Virus record (IMG/VR): IMGVR_UViG_3300028048_000124
Coordinates: 1-64,000 of that record
Source: a virus
Lineage: Duplodnaviria > Caudoviricetes
Direction: 5' to 3' (one strand)
Length of the DNA: 64,000 bases
Position numbers and translations under genes: made by a program. Shown here piece by piece: positions 62,286-64,000 of this stretch (its first letter is position 1; every line of letters begins with the position of its first letter). The notes beneath the pieces were generated by a model, which saw only the letters and a list, made by a program, of their open reading frames with translations, was not told the DNA's origin and made no database searches.

Positions 62286-63910
62286 TATTCCTCTCCTCCT
62301 TCATCCTCGTCCTCTTCCGGACCCCTGAACGTTTTCCTTTTGTTGTCGTATGTGAACAGATGTCCCTGTCCTTCCGGTTCCTCTTCCTGGACACCCGGTT
62401 TCTTTTGGAACCTGTATTCGTTTCCCTTTCTGAACTTGCCCCTTTCATCCTTTCCGATGAAGCCCCTGTTAGTCGCTGCCTTCATCGTTTCCTTATCATC
62501 TAAGAACATTCCCTCGCCGCTGCCGTCCTCCTGGTCGAACAACGACAACTGAACCGCCTTGTCGTAAGGCATCCCGTAGATTTGCGGGAAGATGTAATCG
62601 GCGTAATTCCTTTGCATGTAATCCTTGCAATACTTGACGTAGTTGTTGATGACCGACGCAATCTTCATGCACCAACTCAAATTGCCCAAGACCAGGTTGA
62701 CGTGCTTGCATCCGGCACCTTTGTCATCCAGGTTGTTGGCCCCTATCGCACCGCCTTGTCCCTCCGGCTTAGGTGCGTATGTGGCACCGCCGACCGCGCT
62801 GTCGTAGCGGCCCTGCTTTGCCCACCAGTCCATCCTGTATTTCCAGTCCGGGCAGGTGCAGGACACGTACACGTCTCCGGTGTTCAACGACTTCATCAAC
62901 GATTTGATTACGGTGCTGAACTCGAACTTCATGTTGTTCCTCTTGACTTCGTCCTGTATGTTCTTCAGGATGTTCTCGAAAGTGACCCTGACGACATAGT
63001 CGTCGGTCTCGCCGTGGACGTTGATGTCGAAGTCGAGTATATCGCCCTTCCAGAACGCGTTCATGTCGATTCTGTTGTAGTCCCTGACAGAGGTGGCTAC
63101 ACGTGAGTGAAGCCTTCTCTCCCATCTGTTTTTGCCTTTCGATTTATCGCCACGGTATTCGGCCCCGCCTTTTGATTTGTTAATCAAATCCTGCCTGGTT
63201 TTCTCAAGGAGCAACGATTCCGTGACCCTTGCCGGTTCCCTGATTCCGAGTTCCGCCAAGGTCTTGTTTCCGCCTTGCCTGTTAATTGGCATGATGTGGT
63301 GGTCTATTAGGATGTCGGCAACCTCCTCGTCGTCCAACAACCTGTTGACCTTCATCTGTCCGGTGATAATCCAGGGGACGGTATCAGGTCTAGGATTCGT
63401 CCTGTATCTATAATAACCGTGGCTGGGTATCTTCGTCAAGCCTGCGAGCGAATGCTGATACCTGTCGCTTCTGTATGTCCTGACGTTTCCGTCGTCATCC
63501 ATCTTGGTCCTCATGAACCCCTGTTCGTCGGACTCCGGTTGATAGTCGACGTCCATTGCGTATTCGCACTCGGCCCAAACGAAATCGGCTGGGAATTCAG
63601 GTTCCCCCGTTTCCTTGTTCTTTCTATCGAACTGAGGTGCCCTCGGGACATCGCCCAAGTGCCAACCGGGGCGATAGGAAAGCGTTCCGCTGCCGGTCGA
63701 TTTGACCTGTTGCCTTCCGGTCTTCGACAATCCGGCCAACTCCCCTTCCTCGGCGTCAAGCCATACCCCGATGGGAGTATCCTCCCCGCCAGGATTCGCT
63801 ACCATGGGAGGATAGAGTTTTCCGTTCTTGACCCTGAAGACCTTGTATGCCACGCCCGTTTTTCCGGGTGCGTATCCGTCTTTCGCTTTTCTTTCCAGTA
63901 TATCAGCCAT
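62285..63910 (-). CDS. two-domain protein: polyvalent-type N-terminal domain (possibly ART-like) plus SWIM zinc finger
   Basis: AYKVF..GKLYPPM..YRPGWH..VWAECEY; linker VTESLLLE; VSCTCPDW...GCKHV. Confidence 0.55.
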   Translation of the reverse strand: MADILERKAKDGYAPGKTGVAYKVFRVKNGKLYPPMVANPGGEDTPIGVWLDAEEGELAGLSKTGRQQVKSTGSGTLSYRPGWHLGDVPRAPQFDRKNKETGEPEFPADFVWAECEYAMDVDYQPESDEQGFMRTKMDDDGNVRTYRSDRYQHSLAGLTKIPSHGYYRYRTNPRPDTVPWIITGQMKVNRLLDDEEVADILIDHHIMPINRQGGNKTLAELGIREPARVTESLLLEKTRQDLINKSKGGAEYRGDKSKGKNRWERRLHSRVATSVRDYNRIDMNAFWKGDILDFDINVHGETDDYVVRVTFENILKNIQDEVKRNNMKFEFSTVIKSLMKSLNTGDVYVSCTCPDWKYRMDWWAKQGRYDSAVGGATYAPKPEGQGGAIGANNLDDKGAGCKHVNLVLGNLSWCMKIASVINNYVKYCKDYMQRNYADYIFPQIYGMPYDKAVQLSLFDQEDGSGEGMFLDDKETMKAATNRGFIGKDERGKFRKGNEYRFQKKPGVQEEEPEGQGHLFTYDNKRKTFRGPEEDEDEGGEE

Positions 63911-63926
63911 CGCAATGCTATCCTTA

Positions 63927-63941
63927 TCATTTAATTTAGCA
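63927..63941 (-). promoter_or_regulatory. candidate late promoter
   Basis: Exact motif. Confidence 0.75.
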
Positions 63942-64000
63942 ACAGAAAAAATCTACCGCTGTGACACGATAGATTGTATTTCCGGGATTTAGGCGTTCAA

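Noticed and set aside
92-63934. Numerous plus-strand ORFs in the six-frame track
   Set aside because: They lie antisense to continuous, SD-preceded minus-strand genes, lack SDs and family motifs, and are expected shadows at ~50% GC.
1-64000. Stop-codon reassignment as in some large gut phages
   Set aside because: Conserved genes are full length in code 11, and TAA, TGA and TAG all serve as genuine stops.

Overview
The window is a 64-kb segment of a large myovirus-type (T4-like module organisation) phage genome. Every credible gene is on the minus strand; the plus-strand ORFs in the track are antisense shadows. Reading in transcription direction (right to left), it contains putative virion-cargo polyproteins, a holin cassette, terminase large subunit, portal, a glycosyltransferase/Stealth cluster, prohead protease-scaffold, major capsid, more cargo polyproteins, neck, sheath, tube, tail chaperone, tape measure, baseplate and tail fibre. 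These are followed by an SNF2 helicase, a class III ribonucleotide reductase module (nrdH-like, nrdD split by a 256-nt group I intron, nrdG), tRNA-Thr(CGU), and small genes including a CCA-adding enzyme and the start of a Pnk-like kinase. GGAGG Shine-Dalgarno sites, near-consensus sigmaA promoters and nrdDG suggest an anaerobic Bacillota-type host (inference). A 15-bp motif (TGCTAAATTAAATGA on the minus strand) occurs 17 times in front of genes and is a candidate late promoter. The most unusual elements are: (i) a ~195-nt highly paired RNA with its own consensus promoter, paired with an orphan 378-aa gene between nrdD and nrdG; (ii) acidic multidomain proteins punctuated by LxE motifs, carrying PcfJ-like, BspA-LRR, nucleotidyltransferase, SAM-lyase-like, ArfA-like and SWIM modules; (iii) a Stealth phosphotransferase plus two GT-A enzymes inside the portal operon. 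All protein family calls come from motif recognition by eye; no database search was run.
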